From the NCBI GenBank assembly GCA_002269645.1, contig NIVC01004001.1, forward strand, positions 1,783 to 65,782: DNA of 64,000 nucleotides, read 5' to 3'. Positions within the stretch are counted from its first letter, which is position 1. Each line of letters begins with the position of its first letter. The position numbers and the translations under genes are program-made. Shown here in pieces: positions 22,376 to 35,259 of this stretch. The DNA comes from Macrostomum lignano. Taxonomy: Eukaryota. The notes under the pieces are model-generated. The model was not told the DNA's origin and searched no databases. It was given only the letters and a program-made list of their open reading frames with translations.

Positions 22376-25300
22376 TCAGTGGTCGGTGCAGTAGCCGGAC
22401 TCCGTGCTGTGCTGCGACCCCTGCCGCAGCGGCGTCTCCGTCACCATGGTGGCGCCGCTGCCGTGACAGGCCGCTGTACAGCTGTGCGCTGATTGGATGA
22501 GCGACAGCCAATGGGAGCGCTCGGCCGCGTTCTGCCCGAAAGACAGGCAGAGGCTGACAGCGGCCGTAGCCGCCGGAGGCTGCGGTTTCCAGCGCTGGCT
22601 GCTCGTCTGGTGACGCTTGCTGCAAGACAGGAAATTTTTCGATACATATCGGTGGGGGTAAATTATGTTTTGACTATTTATAGTGGACTATTTTTACTTC
22701 GAACAGCTCGGGCAATATCTGTTTAATTGACTACGCTAGTGCGCTATGCAGTAAAGTTCTCTTTTTCTATTACATATCGGGTGGTATTGCTTTACTCTGA
22801 TTTTGTACACTTTCGATACATATCGGGACTCTTCCTTTAAATTCATCTCGGCTCCTTCCTTAAATACTTCAAGGAGACATGTGTATATTAACTGATTCGG
22901 TCTATAGGAAACAAGTATTTTTCGATACATATCGGTACACCGCGACTCGGAACCTACCCGACAATGCCCCAATTGTTAGACTTTGACGCCAGCTGAACTC
23001 CGCGGAGATTCAGCTGGGCTACGCCGCTGGTGGAGGCGGACAGGCCGCAGAGCAGCAGCAGCTGTCGGCAGCGCAGATTCTCGTGCCCCACGGCAGCGGA
23101 GGCGGTGGCGGCGTCGCCCCGACTGCTGGCGCCAGACGAGTGCGCCGACTCCTCCACCTTGGCAACAATCAGCAGGTCGGAGAAGAGCAGCAGCAGGGCT
23201 GGCCGGCGTTTCGGCATGACCTGCACCAGGCCTGGCGCGGTCTTCTCCAGCACGCGAGTCTGGCGCTGAAGCAGCCACCGCCACGGCTCCAGCAGGCCGG
23301 CAGGCAGACAGGCTTCGCTCAGCAGGAGCTTCTTGGCCAGACAGCGCCTGTCCTGCTCCCGCATGGCGCAGTCGATGGCGGTCAGCCGGGCCTGCACGAT
23401 GTCGAAGGCCTGCCGAACTCTGCTAGCCTCGGCGTCATTGTCCAGCGAGCTGAGGTAGCCGGCCAAGCGGCTCAGGATCAGCGGGTACCTGCGGCGGCGT
23501 GGGCGGGGATTTGGGAAGGCGGAGCTTAACTTGGGATTAAATATTGGAATTGAGGATCCCAGATTCAATCACAGATCAGATAAGTGGGATCAAATATTGG
23601 GATTGAGGATTCCAGATTCACAGATCAGATAAGTGGGATCAAATATTGGGATTGATCACAGATTCACAGATCAGAAAGAAAATTGGGATTAAATATTGGG
23701 AATCACAGACTCACAGATCAGGCAATTGGGATCAAATATTAGAATAAAGAGTTCCCCGTGTGCTATAAATCCCACAGCTGTTTGATACGAACTAGGTTGA
23801 ACCCAAGCGTAAACAAATGCTGGGAAGCAGTGTTAAAAATATCCTGTCGGATAATTAGAATCGCAGATACTAAAGGAAGATTCTCGAATTTAATTTCCCC
23901 AAAAAATGAAAGCCTTCAAAGGTAGCAAAGGCTGAGGCTGGATCACGCAGCAGGCGCGTGCCGGCCTCCTTCACAGAGAAGTGCAGCCACAAGAACCGCG
24001 CCAATTAATTGAGCACACACTTGAGCAGCAGTAAACTTCAGGCACAATGTCCCCAGTGCACTACTTACATGCAGCTAGTGAGGGCATGCGGCGGGAAAAT
24101 CGCTACTGGTTTAAAATATAATCAGCAAAGATATCGATAAGCATAATATGGATAGTATAGATTCAGGGACTGGGATCATTGAATTCGGGACTGGATCATT
24201 GGATTCGGAACTGGGATCATTGGATTCAGGGACTGGGATCATTGAATTCGGGACTGGATCATTGGATTCGGAACTGGGATCATTGGATTCAGGGACTGGG
24301 ATCATTGAATTCGGGACTGGATCATTGGATTCGGAACTGGGATCATTGGATTCGGGACTGGATCATTGGATTCGGAACTGGGATCATTGGATTCAGGGAC
24401 TGGGATCATTGGATTCGGGACTGGATCATTGGATTCGGAACTGGGATCATTGGATTCAGGGACTGGGATCATTGAATTCGGGACTGGATCATTGGATTCG
24501 GAACTGGGATCATTGGATTCGGGACTGGATCATTGGATTCGGAACTGGGATCATTGGATTCAGGGACTGGGATCATTGGATTTGGGACTGGATCATTGGA
24601 TTCGGAACTGGGATCATTGGATTCAGGGACTGGGATCATTGGATTCGGGACTGGATCATTGGATTCGGAACTGGGATCATTGGATTCGGGACTGGATCAT
24701 TGGATTCGGAACTGGGATCATTGGATTCAGGGACTGGGATCATTGGATTCGGGACTGGATCATTGGATTCGGAACTGGGATCATTGGATTCAGGGACTGG
24801 GATCATTGAATTCGGGACTGGATCATTGGATTCGGAACTGGGATCATTGGATTCGGGACTGGATCATTGGATTCGGAACTGGGATCATTGGATTCAGGGA
24901 CTGGGATCATTGGATTCGGGACTGGATCATTGGATTCGGAACTGGGATCATTGGATTCAGGGACTGGATCATTGGATTCGGGACTGGATCATTGGATTCG
25001 GAACTGGGATCATTGGTTTCAGGTACTGGGATCATTGGATTCGGGACTGGGATCATTGGATTCAGGGACTGGGATCATTGGATTCGGGACTGGATCATTG
25101 GATTCGGGACTGGATCATTGGATTCGGAACTGGGATCATTGGATTCAGGTACTGGGATCATTGGATTCGGGACTGGATCATTGGATTCGGAACTGGGATC
25201 ATTGGATTCAGGGACTGGGATCATTGGATTCGGAACTGGGATCATTGGATTCGGGACTGGATCATTTGATTCGGAACTGGGATCATTGGATTCAGGGACT

Positions 25301-26877
25301 GGGATTATTGGATTCGGAACTGGGATCATTGGATTCAGGGACTGGGATCATTGGATTCAGGGACTGGGATCATTGGATTCAGGACTGGGATCATTGGATT
25401 CGGGACTGGGATCATTGGATTTAGGGACTGGATCATTGGATTTTGGATCCTATAAAAAGGCATTCCAAGCAGGCCAGTATAAATTCCCACCTGGCCATAT
25501 GAGACTTCGGCTCGTGCAGGTGGCTCCACAAATCGAGGCCTTCCAACGAGCGCCGGACTGTCAGGCAGCGCTGAATGAAATCGCGAAACTTTGTCCGCCT
25601 ACGCAGCCGATCGTAGGCCTGGCGCGACTGGTCCAGGTGAGTGCAGTAGGCCACCAGGCGGCCCAGCGAGCCGTCCTCGGCCGACTCCTCGGTGGCCCAT
25701 TCAAGCAGAGCGGAGCCGCAGCCGCTGCGGGCGTTCAAACGAGAAGAAATCGGTTAGTTTGGATTTACCAATACACTGCTGTACATCGTGAACGGACCGC
25801 GAGCATGTAGGCTTGTGTCATCTCTTGTAGCAGCAGCGGGGTGGCCAAGAGGGGCTCTCCGCGTCTTGGGGAATGCCAGTTCATATAACAGGCCCCATTG
25901 CATTTGAAGGGGCGCCATTGCATCTGAGGGGGTGCCATGGCATCTGAGGGGGTGCCATTGCATCTGAGGGGGCGCCATTGCATCTGAGGCAGCGCTAATG
26001 TATTTAATGGGGCGCCATTGCATCTGTGCCAAATGGGACTCAGATTGTGGGAAATTCATTCGAAATAAAGTTCTGGCATTATGAATGTTCAAAGCGGCTC
26101 ACCCAGCATCCCAACAAGCTTCATCATCATCGCAGCCGCCTCGGCCGCAGCGCATTCGCTGCAGGCACGGCCTCAGCCGGTTAACAAGCCGGGCGGGGCC
26201 GCGCCAAGCCAGGCTAGGCAGGGTGTGGAACATCTCGCGTACGTCCGCCTCCGGTATGCCAGAGGTCTGCAGCAGCGGCTCGTAGTACACCCGCAGTGCG
26301 CACTCCAGCCGCTGGTAGAAGCGGGACTCCAAGTCCAGCAGCTCCTGCAGGCAGGCGCGGACGTCCAGCTGCCGACGGCTCAAGCAACCGCCGGCTGGGG
26401 CGGCAGCGGCGGCGTCAGCCGAGTCCGCAGCGACTGCGCCGGCTCCTCCGACGCTGCCATCAACGCCAACGGCGGCTTCCGGCGGCGGGCTCTCGCAGAC
26501 AACTGGCGCATTCCGGCGGCCAGGCAGCAGGCTGATCAGGGAGGCCAGCCGCGACAGTCCGCGGTGCCCGCCGCCGCCGCCGCCGCTGCCACCGACGCTG
26601 GCGCGATTTCTCCTTAGGCCGATAGCGGTGGCTGCCGAGGTGGCCGAAGTTGCCGTCGTGGCCATAGAGTGCACGCTGCGCCTGGAGGCCATGGAGTGCA
26701 GGGACCAGGCATCGGCATCGGACTCGCTGCCGCTTGGCTGGCGATGAATGCGGGTCAGCTGCGGGGCGGTGAAAGCTCTCATGTGAATCTCAGACGGTGA
26801 TATAAGTGCGAACAGACAGGACAGCTTACCCTTTTGAATACCAGCAGGTCCTCGGGAAAATCGTCTTCATTGGACAT
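22376..26877 (-). CDS. Dbl-family RhoGEF (DH-PH), 580 aa; complement(join(22376..22619,22958..23488,25491..25724,26103..26788,26830..26877))
   Basis: DH motifs ELLDLESRFYQRL..YYEPL, AYC..QA, LDL.S.L..P.SHMAR|YPLIL. PH motifs LLLFSDLLIVAK and AERSHWLSLIQSA. All four introns are GT-AG and phase-consistent; total 1743 nt. Confidence 0.88.
23530..23745 (+). repeat. Degenerate repeat (gggatcaaatattgggattg...cacagatcaga) in RhoGEF intron 3
   Basis: 4-5 related units. Confidence 0.7.
24165..25450 (+). repeat. 20/21/22-bp minisatellite with 63-bp higher-order unit, RhoGEF intron 3
   Basis: Monomers ggatcattggattcgggact, gggatcattggattcggaact and gggatcattggattcagggact; 21-aa period in the ORF track. 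Confidence 0.95.
25905..26030 (+). repeat. 20-bp minisatellite in RhoGEF intron 2
   Basis: catctgaggggg(c/t)gccat(t/g)g, about 5 copies. Confidence 0.85.
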
Positions 26878-29185
26878 TGCAATTGCTGGCTGAAGGCTGT
26901 GTTTTTAAGGACCCTGCAAAAAAGCAATTGAAAATGTTTTACAGTCTAGGCTTTTTTTAATCTTTATACGTCATTTGTTAAGTAAAAAATGAGAAAAAGC
27001 GAAGGTGCAGAGAGAGCTACTGTAAGTATATATATTTCAATATAAAAAGTAGAAAGTTGGGGATGACTTCTCCCAAAGCCTACAATTTCAAGATGAGTCT
27101 ACTTTATAAATAATAATAACCTATCAAATATAACTTCCCATTCTTTGCAGGGCTCTGAGTACCTTGGTGCAATGCCTTTTGGAATATTGCTCTATAACCA
27201 ATATAGAAAAGTTTTGCTTATTCCACTGATTAATGAGCATATATACAATGCAAGCATATTTAAGATACTATAAGCAGGCATGTAGGATGCAAGAGTCAAA
27301 GCTAGCTATCTATAAGGAATTATTTGTATCCAAGGATGCTTGCTATCTGGGGTCTTTGTTACTTGTACAGAGCAGAAATTCTATCCAGATATCCCCATTG
27401 GGGGCGAAGATTGTTAGTCATCAGTTATACTAAAAATGAAAATCTTATTATCAATCATCAAATATACAAAAAATGAAAATAGATTTCTGGATGCTGGCAA
27501 ACAGCCTACCCTAGGCCTAGCTAGTCTTATTGACTAAAAACAGAAAAGCAAAATTGCTAATAAGATATGAGTAATAATAAACTAATTTGCAATTGCAAAT
27601 AAAAATCTAGAATTTTCTTTAATTTATGAATTTAAAAGTTACAAAAATATATTACTAAGTAGGCTTAGACTTGTTTAAGTCCTTGTGTATAAAAAGTTCC
27701 AATTTTAATAAGATTATAATCTTGGTCTCTTTATGGTTTTTAAAAATGCTACTTTTAAACTTTAACTTTATTTTTAATTTAGCTTTAAACTATTCATTTA
27801 GATGTGAGGGTTTAAGAATAGAGAAATTTTCATAGGGTCAAAAGTGATTTCATATATCTATTCCTTAATAAAAGCATAGAGCCTATTGATTTTTAGATAT
27901 ATTAATAAGGGTATTAAATATATTAATCGTTGCTTTGGAGACCACCTAGATATTAATATTAAAACCTATTATTAGGCCTAAGTTAATATATGCAATCACT
28001 ATAAAAATATTTAAAATCATATATAAGCCAAAACTATACCAAAACCAAAGCCCCAAAGGCAATTTTATTATTTTTTAATTTGTCTTAGATTAGATAGGCC
28101 CTACCTAATTAACCTCTAGCAAGTTTGATAAAATTAAGAAAATCAAAATGACAAAAATATTTTTTATTTTAATTTTAAGAAGTCTATATCCATTTGCTAA
28201 AACCAAGTGAGTATATTATTAAAACACTCTTATACTGAATGCACTTTTATCAAACAATAAAAATCTTTTATAATAAACAAAAATTCATTTTGTTCCTAGT
28301 AGATCTAGACATAGTAGATTAATAAAAACTTATAAAAACAAAAATAATACTTATAGAATTGTGAACAGACACTCTAGTGCAATACTCTTGATTAAAATGG
28401 CATAGCAGGCCCCTATCATAGCTAGCAATATAGCAGTTTAAAATGGTCTTGAATTAATAATTGATACAATAAAATTGATATATATTTGGTTGATAATTTT
28501 ATTAATGATTGTCACTGACAGTGTCAGGCATCAGCATATATCAGCATACTCCTTGACTTTAGACTGTTGGGTTATGAGCAAATTACATGACAAATGGAAA
28601 CCTCTATCTATTTTTGTGCACAAGAGCCAGATTAATATGGCCATGACAATATTTTGAATTTCAACACAATATAATAGTAAATGTATATTATTAAGCAGTA
28701 AATTTAACAGCTTCTACTACTTTCTAGGCTTCTAGCATCTAGATTCATTCATGGTTCAAGAATTAAATTTGATTCATGATCGCCGCGATTCGCCAGATAT
28801 TAAATACAAAGCATCGACCACTCATAATCGAACATAATAATTACTTCATTCACTATAGATACCGTCTGGCAAGTATGAACCTTACCGAGCCGTTCTAGCC
28901 GGTCACAAACATCTAGCTCCGTCAGGCAAAGGGCACAAAAGCGCGGGTGCTAAGCAAGGACTTAAGGGATTAATTTCAAATTCGTGCACCTACTGTAAGT
29001 TCGCAGAATTCTATAACAAACTCTAGCGTAGTCCAAAAGCAATACTTTCTAATTGCTGCTGAAAAGGTGCCTTTTACTTTTTTGCTGAGAAAAGACCTAA
29101 AATTGCCTATTCTCATGTAGATAGAAAAAACTTTAGTGGCTTTATCGAGTGGTTTTAAACATCGGATTTTCTAAGAAATGATTTG

Positions 29186-31167
29186 ATGTTTAACCAGGAA
29201 AAAAATTCTTGGATTCGATTCGATAAGGAAATGCATTGTTCGATTCCTTTTTTCCACAAGGTTTATAAGAATCATGAAAAATATTATGTAAGTATATAAC
29301 TCATGTTTGAGCAGCGTAAATATCAAGTAGCACCTTGAAAGGCTGGATTTAATGTGGTCCTTTTTATTTAATTTCTGAATTTACCTCATTTTTGCCAGAA
29401 GGTATCTAATAAAGTTATCAGTTCAGGCAAAGGTCATAATTGTCATAATTAAAAAACCGATTAAACTACGACAGCCCAAATTATGAAAAAAACTAAAATG
29501 CTATCAATGTGATAGTGAATCCACTTTGGCATGTGAAATAGTCATAAATTATTTTTTTATTTGAAATTAATGAGAAGGCATCGTAACTACAGCTTTATTT
29601 CTGACTCTCTGTACTTAGGAGTTCGTTATCAACATTCGCAACGAAGAGGGATGCTGCAAAATTATACACCGGCGCTACAATCAGTTTTTTAATTTTCAGG
29701 TAGCTATAGTTTGCATATATTTTTCTGTGTTCAATGTTTTGATATGTTTAACAAATACAGTGTAAATATAACTTAATTTTATAATTGCTCAATTTTTCAG
29801 CATCAAATAATGGAACTTTTCCCAAAAGAGGCTGGTTGTAAACACCCAGAGGAGCGATTGATCCCAGTGCTGCCAGGAAAAGTTTTAATTCGTACAAAAA
29901 AGGAGCGTGAGGTAGCAGCTAAAAGGCGACCATTACTGGAGGAATACTGCAATGTAAGTATGGCTAATACTGCACTTGGCTAAAACTTTAGAAGTGCAAT
30001 TTTACTAAGCTCAAACTTTTTCCTCTCTTACCAGAGCATTTTTCAGCTACCAGATTTCATTCAGCGGCACCGACACGTCATTCAGTTCTTTTCCTGCTCC
30101 GAGGACGACGCTAGAAAATCTTCTCAGAAAGAGTGAGCGTGCACTTTTATTTAGCAAGCTTTCTAGTATGAGAATCAGACGGTCTACTCTTGTCAAAAAG
30201 AAGCTGCCCCTTTCAGGCAAAACCATGCATGCTTGCCAACTTCAGGCGGCCGCAGGCAACTTCGGCAGACATTTCAACTCCGGCGGTGGCACCGCTCTAT
30301 TTAGTGACTCGCGGCCACTCCTGTCGCGACGCTCACGGTGTTGAATTCAGCGCTGAGGCCGGCGACGCGGCGTCGGTGCTGCGACGGGCCGACACCGGCT
30401 ACTGGCTTGTGGAGGTCGGCGGCCGGATCGGCTGGTTCCCCGCGCAGTTCCTCACGCCAGCGACGCGAGCCGACTCGCCGAGCTCACCGTCCGAGCCGGT
30501 GTCGGACTCCACCGATGCGTTCGTCGTCTGTGTCAGCAACTGCGCAACGTCGGATTCGGAGCGGCTGACGCAGCCGGCGCTCGGCGATTTGGTGGTGGCC
30601 GAGTCGCGCTCGGAGTCCGGCTGGTGGACGGTGCGCTGGGGCCACCAGCGGCTAACTGTGGCGGCCGTCGGCCTGCGCCCAGTTGCCGAGCAGCTGCTGG
30701 ACCGCGGTCTCCTTGGTGGACAGCTTCGTCCCGCTGATCGAGCTGCGGTGGCGCCTCCTCCGAGACCGCCCCCACCGCCGGCAAAGCCGACGCTTCCGAC
30801 GCCACCGCCGCCGCCACCGCCGCCACCGCCTCCAGTAAAATCGCCTCATCCGCCACCGCCAATGCCGCCTCTTCCGATGCAGTTTCGAGAACAGACTGCA
30901 GTAACAGCGGTAAGAGCTCTTGGATACAACTGCTGTGCTTCTCAGAAGCTGCCGTTTCTGACGGTCAGTTATGACCATAGAGGGCCATACAACCGTCAGC
31001 TGCAGACATCTGACCTCCTCTCTCAAATCTGCTCCAGCCATCGCCATCGGCAGCTCCTCTGCCTCCGAAAGCGGCTCCCAGGTGGCCTGCCCGAGGCGAT
31101 TCGGCGGCGTCGTCAGCTGCTCTGCCTCATCCGGCGACAGCGTCCGAGGCTGGACAGGCCGGTATAG
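29186..31167 (+). CDS. PX-SH3-SH3-proline-rich protein (p47phox/NOXO1/Tks-like); join(29186..29287,29619..29699,29801..29953,30035..30132,30246..~31167)
   Basis: PX: EFVINIRNEEGCCKIIHRRYNQFFNFQ|HQIMELFPKEAGCKHPEERLIPVLPGKVL...RRPLLEEYCN|SIFQLPDFIQRHRHVIQFF, matching the p47phox/Tks PX pattern (RRY, FP.EAG, R.IP.LP). SH3-1 GYWLV..GRIGWFPAQFL; degenerate SH3-2 SGWWTV; then poly-Pro. The 3' end is uncertain (possible extra intron near 30910). Confidence 0.82.
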
Positions 31168-31384
31168 CCAAGACAGGACAAGAAAGCCAGCAGCTTCATC
31201 GTCCGTCAGGCCGGGTCAAATCCATGGCAAGCAGATTTGAGGGGGTCATCTGATTTGATTTCCTAAAGCAACTCTGCTGAATCAGAGGTGAAGGAGTGAA
31301 CAAAATCGTATGTGAACTTGAGAGACCCCGTTTGCTAGCCAGATTTTTGTTCTATGGTGCAATGTCTGAATAACTCACTGGCTA

Positions 31385-33432
31385 GACAGCAACACATCCG
31401 GCTAGAAACACATCTGGCTAGTAACACATCCGGCTAGCAACACATCTGACTAGCAACACATCTGACTAGAAACACATCCGGCTATTAACACATCCGGCTA
31501 GTAACACATCCGGCTAGCAACACATCTGACTAGAAACACATCCGGCTAGTAACACATCCGGCTAGCAACACATCTGACTAGCAACATATCCGGCTAGCAA
31601 CACATCTGACTAGCAACACGTCTGACTAGAAACACATCCGGCTAGCAACACATCCGGCTAGCAACACATCCGGCTAGTAACACATCCGGCTAGCAACACA
31701 TCTGACTAGAAACACATCCGGCTAGTAACACATCCGGCTAGCAACACATCTGACTAGAAACACATCCGGCTAGTAACACATCCGGCTAGCAACACATCTG
31801 ACTAGAAACACATCCGGCTAGCAACACATCTGACTAAAAACACATCCGGCTAGTAACACATCCGGCTAGCAACACATCTGACTAGCAACACGTCTGACTA
31901 GAAACACATCCGGCTAGTAACACATCCGGCTAGCAACACATCTGACTAGAAACACATCTGACTAGAAACACATCCGGCTAGTAACACATCCGGCTAGCAA
32001 CACATCTGACTAAAAACACATCTGACTAGAAACACTAGAAACACATCCGGCTAGCAACACATCCGGCTAGCAACACATCCGGCTAGTAACACATCCGGCT
32101 AGCAACACATCTGACTAGAAACACATCCGGCTAGTAACACATCCGGCTAGCAACACATCTGACTAGAAACACATCCGGCTAGCAACACATCCGGCTAGCA
32201 ACACATCTGACTAGAAACACATCCGGCTAGCAACACATCTGACTCACATCCGGCTAGTAACACATAGCACATCAGTAACACATCCGGCTAGCAACACATC
32301 TGACTAGCAACACATCTGACTAGAAACACATCCGGCTAGCAACACATCTGGCTAGCAACACATCTGCTAGACACATCCGGCTAGCAACACATCCGGCTAG
32401 CAACACATCTGGCTAGCAACACATCTGGCTAGATAGCAACACATCCGGCTAGCAACACATCCGGCTAGCAACAGCAACACATCTGACTAGAAACAATCCG
32501 GCTACACATCCGGCTAGCAACACATCTGGCTAGCAACACATCCGGCTAGCAACACATCCGGCTAGCAACACATCTGGCTAGCAACACATCTGGGCTAGAA
32601 CACATCTGACTAGCCGGCTAGCAACACATCTGACTAGCAACACGTCTGACTAGAAACACATCCGGCTAGCAACACATCCTAGGCTAGCAATCACATCTAG
32701 CAACACATCTGCTAGCAACACATCCGGCTAGCAACACATCCGGCTAGCAACACATCTGGCTAGCTAACACATCTGGCTAGCAAACATAGCAACACATCCG
32801 GCTAGCAACACATCTGACTAGCAACACGTCTGACTAGAAACACATCCGGCTAGCAACACATCTGGCTAGCAACACATCCGGCTAGCAACACATCCGGCTA
32901 GCAACACATCTGGCTAGCAACACATCTGGCTAGATACACATCCGGCTAGCAACACATCTGGCTAGCAACACATCTGACTAGCAACATATCCGGCTAGCAA
33001 CACATCTGACTAGCAACACGTCTGACTAGAAACACATCCGGCTAGCAACACATCTGGCTAGCAACACATCCGGCTAGCAACACATCCGGCTAGCAACACA
33101 TCTGGCTAGCAACACATCTGGCTAGATACACATCCGGCTAGCAACACATCCGGCTAGCAACACATCTGGCTAGCAACACATCCGGCTAGCAACACATCCG
33201 GCTAGCGACACATCTGGCTAGCAACACATCTGGCTAGAAACATATCCGGCTAGCAACACATCTGACTAGCAACACGTCTGACTAGAAACACATCCGGCTA
33301 GCAACACATCTGGCTAGATACACATCCGGCTAGCAACACATCCGGCTAGCAACACATCTGGCTAGCAACACATCCGGCTAGCAACACATCCGGCTAGCAA
33401 CACATCCGGCTAGCAACACATCCGGCTAGCAG
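31385..33432 (+). repeat. 16-bp minisatellite (aacacatccggctagc), ~125 copies
   Basis: Variants ccgg/ctga/ctgg; a 192-bp higher-order duplication (32821 vs 33013); indel-rich middle. Confidence 0.95.
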
Positions 33433-34734
33433 CACAACCAAGAGCAAATGTCATAGACCCATTTATCTGCACAGTTAAATCAAAATGATTTATCACTTTT
33501 TTCAATCCATTGCTGTCGCAAAAAAAGTTGAATTTAACTGATATTTTTTTTATCTTTCAATGAGTCAACCTGGTATGTTACTCGATCGAATGAAATACAC
33601 TCCAAATGCTGTCTATCGCTGCCTTCTTTTGCTTGTTTTGTAGGCGCCATATTCCGAAAAAGTAAGAAAAAAATGTCAGGACGCATCGCTGTTTCTGTGC
33701 TCTGAATTTCCGTGCTTCAATTGTCGTGCACAGTCTCTCACCCCTCATCTCAATGTAGCTCCTGTTGTGTTTGACTTGAGCTCCGATAATTTGCTAGTAG
33801 AAAGCTGCGATTTGAGCTGCTCGCGATTTGCTATATATTTATGCTAGCGTACTGCACTTTAACAAGTTAAATAGCCGTTAGAGAGAAACAACAACAACAA
33901 AAAAACAACAAGTTAGAGAGAAACAACCAAATACTGTACGATGAGCGATGAGTCTGTGGATGACGCAATTTAGACCGAGAGTAAACGACAATGGGTGACG
34001 CATAGCGTACTTTAAACTAACCCCCAAGCACAGGTATGCGTCCGCCATAACAGCTCCCTTCATCTCACTTACTTCCCTCCCTTCATCTCACTCTTACTTC
34101 CCTCCGCAAATTTGCACCTCCCTACCCCTGCTCCTTCGCTCCCCCACTAAGAGGTCTCGCCTCATCTGCTGCGCCTGCAGTCTTTAAGCTCCCCTATCCC
34201 TCCCTCTTACTCTTCTGTTTCTGCATTCAAATTTTCTATTTTCTACTATTGGCAATAAATATATTCAATACCTTTGCTCCTCTTTTCCATTAGGCACATG
34301 CGCCTCATCTTTTGTTGATAAAAAACGAAATAGTAATAATGTGTCGCCATCCTGGCGCAACGCCTTCGGTGAAATCGTCTCACAAGCAGCAGTAAAGCAG
34401 TTCTGCTCATTTCGCTGACGAAAAATGCCACGACGAATGTTTTTGTCACAAGCTCGAAATGAAAATGTGGCGGCTCCCGGAATCGAACCAAAATTCGTGA
34501 CTGTAAGGTCTAGGTTTGCGTGCTGAAAAAAAGGTGATTCAATATATACTCTTATATCTGTCAGTCTATATTGGGGTCATGCTGTCCGAGGCCCTGTCTG
34601 ACCGCCAGAGGGCAGACCTTTAGAGTACCGAGACATGGATTCCAACAGGGTTGCACTCAAGTAAAAAGAAAATGCCGCTTACACTACGCATTCGAGATTG
34701 GGACGAGCGAGGCATTTACATAACACTTCATTGC

Positions 34735-34805
34735 CGCGTCGGCCGGCCCGTCCAAGCGACCTGTTGCGCCGTCGGCGACTCCAGCTGGATGGCCACATCA
34801 TCCAT
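34735..34805 (+). mobile_element. Short fragment of the RTE-like LINE seen at 45835-46190
   Basis: gcccgtccaagcgacctgttgcgccgtcggcgactccagctggatggccacatcatcc is nearly identical to 45901-45960. Confidence 0.7.
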
Positions 34806-35259
34806 TTGTTCTGGCCAGAGTTTATTTAGGAGGTGCGGCTGCTTTCGCCGGTGAAGGTAGCCTATAAAGGCGCGAACAGGTGGGCCATGGATTCTACCTG
34901 AGGCCCCATATCGAGCGCCAAGTGACGCTGTTTTGAGGGACCTTCTGGGACAACGCGTATTGTTATTTTGCGTTGACAGACAATTGCTGCAATAAGAATT
35001 AATGGACTGCATGTAAAATAAGAAAGTGTTTAGCTCAGGCTGAATCGGAGACACGCTCAAGGGTCAATCAAGGATCAAGGGTCAATATATTATCCTTGAT
35101 GTAATTCTTGTCTGCATCAAGACACTCGATATTCAAAAACTGTGAACCATTTCAAAAATGTCTCTTCATACGAGCGTGTGTATAGTGTGTTCTTCAGGTT
35201 TAGTGTGTCCACACAAGTTGCTTGGAGCAGTAATATTTTCCCATTTCCGTATCCCAAAA

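Noticed and set aside
22488-22515. Paired CCAAT boxes suggesting a promoter
   Set aside because: They fall in the last RhoGEF coding exon (SHWLSLIQS, PH C-terminal helix).
24148-25810. 373-425 aa ORFs (GSLDS/WIRNWDH repeats)
   Set aside because: They lie in RhoGEF intron 3 on the opposite strand and are array translations.
32230-32800. Indel-rich middle of the 16-bp array
   Set aside because: Random single-base indels look like low-coverage long-read consensus error, not biology.
34465-34490. Minus-strand GGTTCGATTCCGGG B-box
   Set aside because: No A-box or cloverleaf upstream; too short to call.
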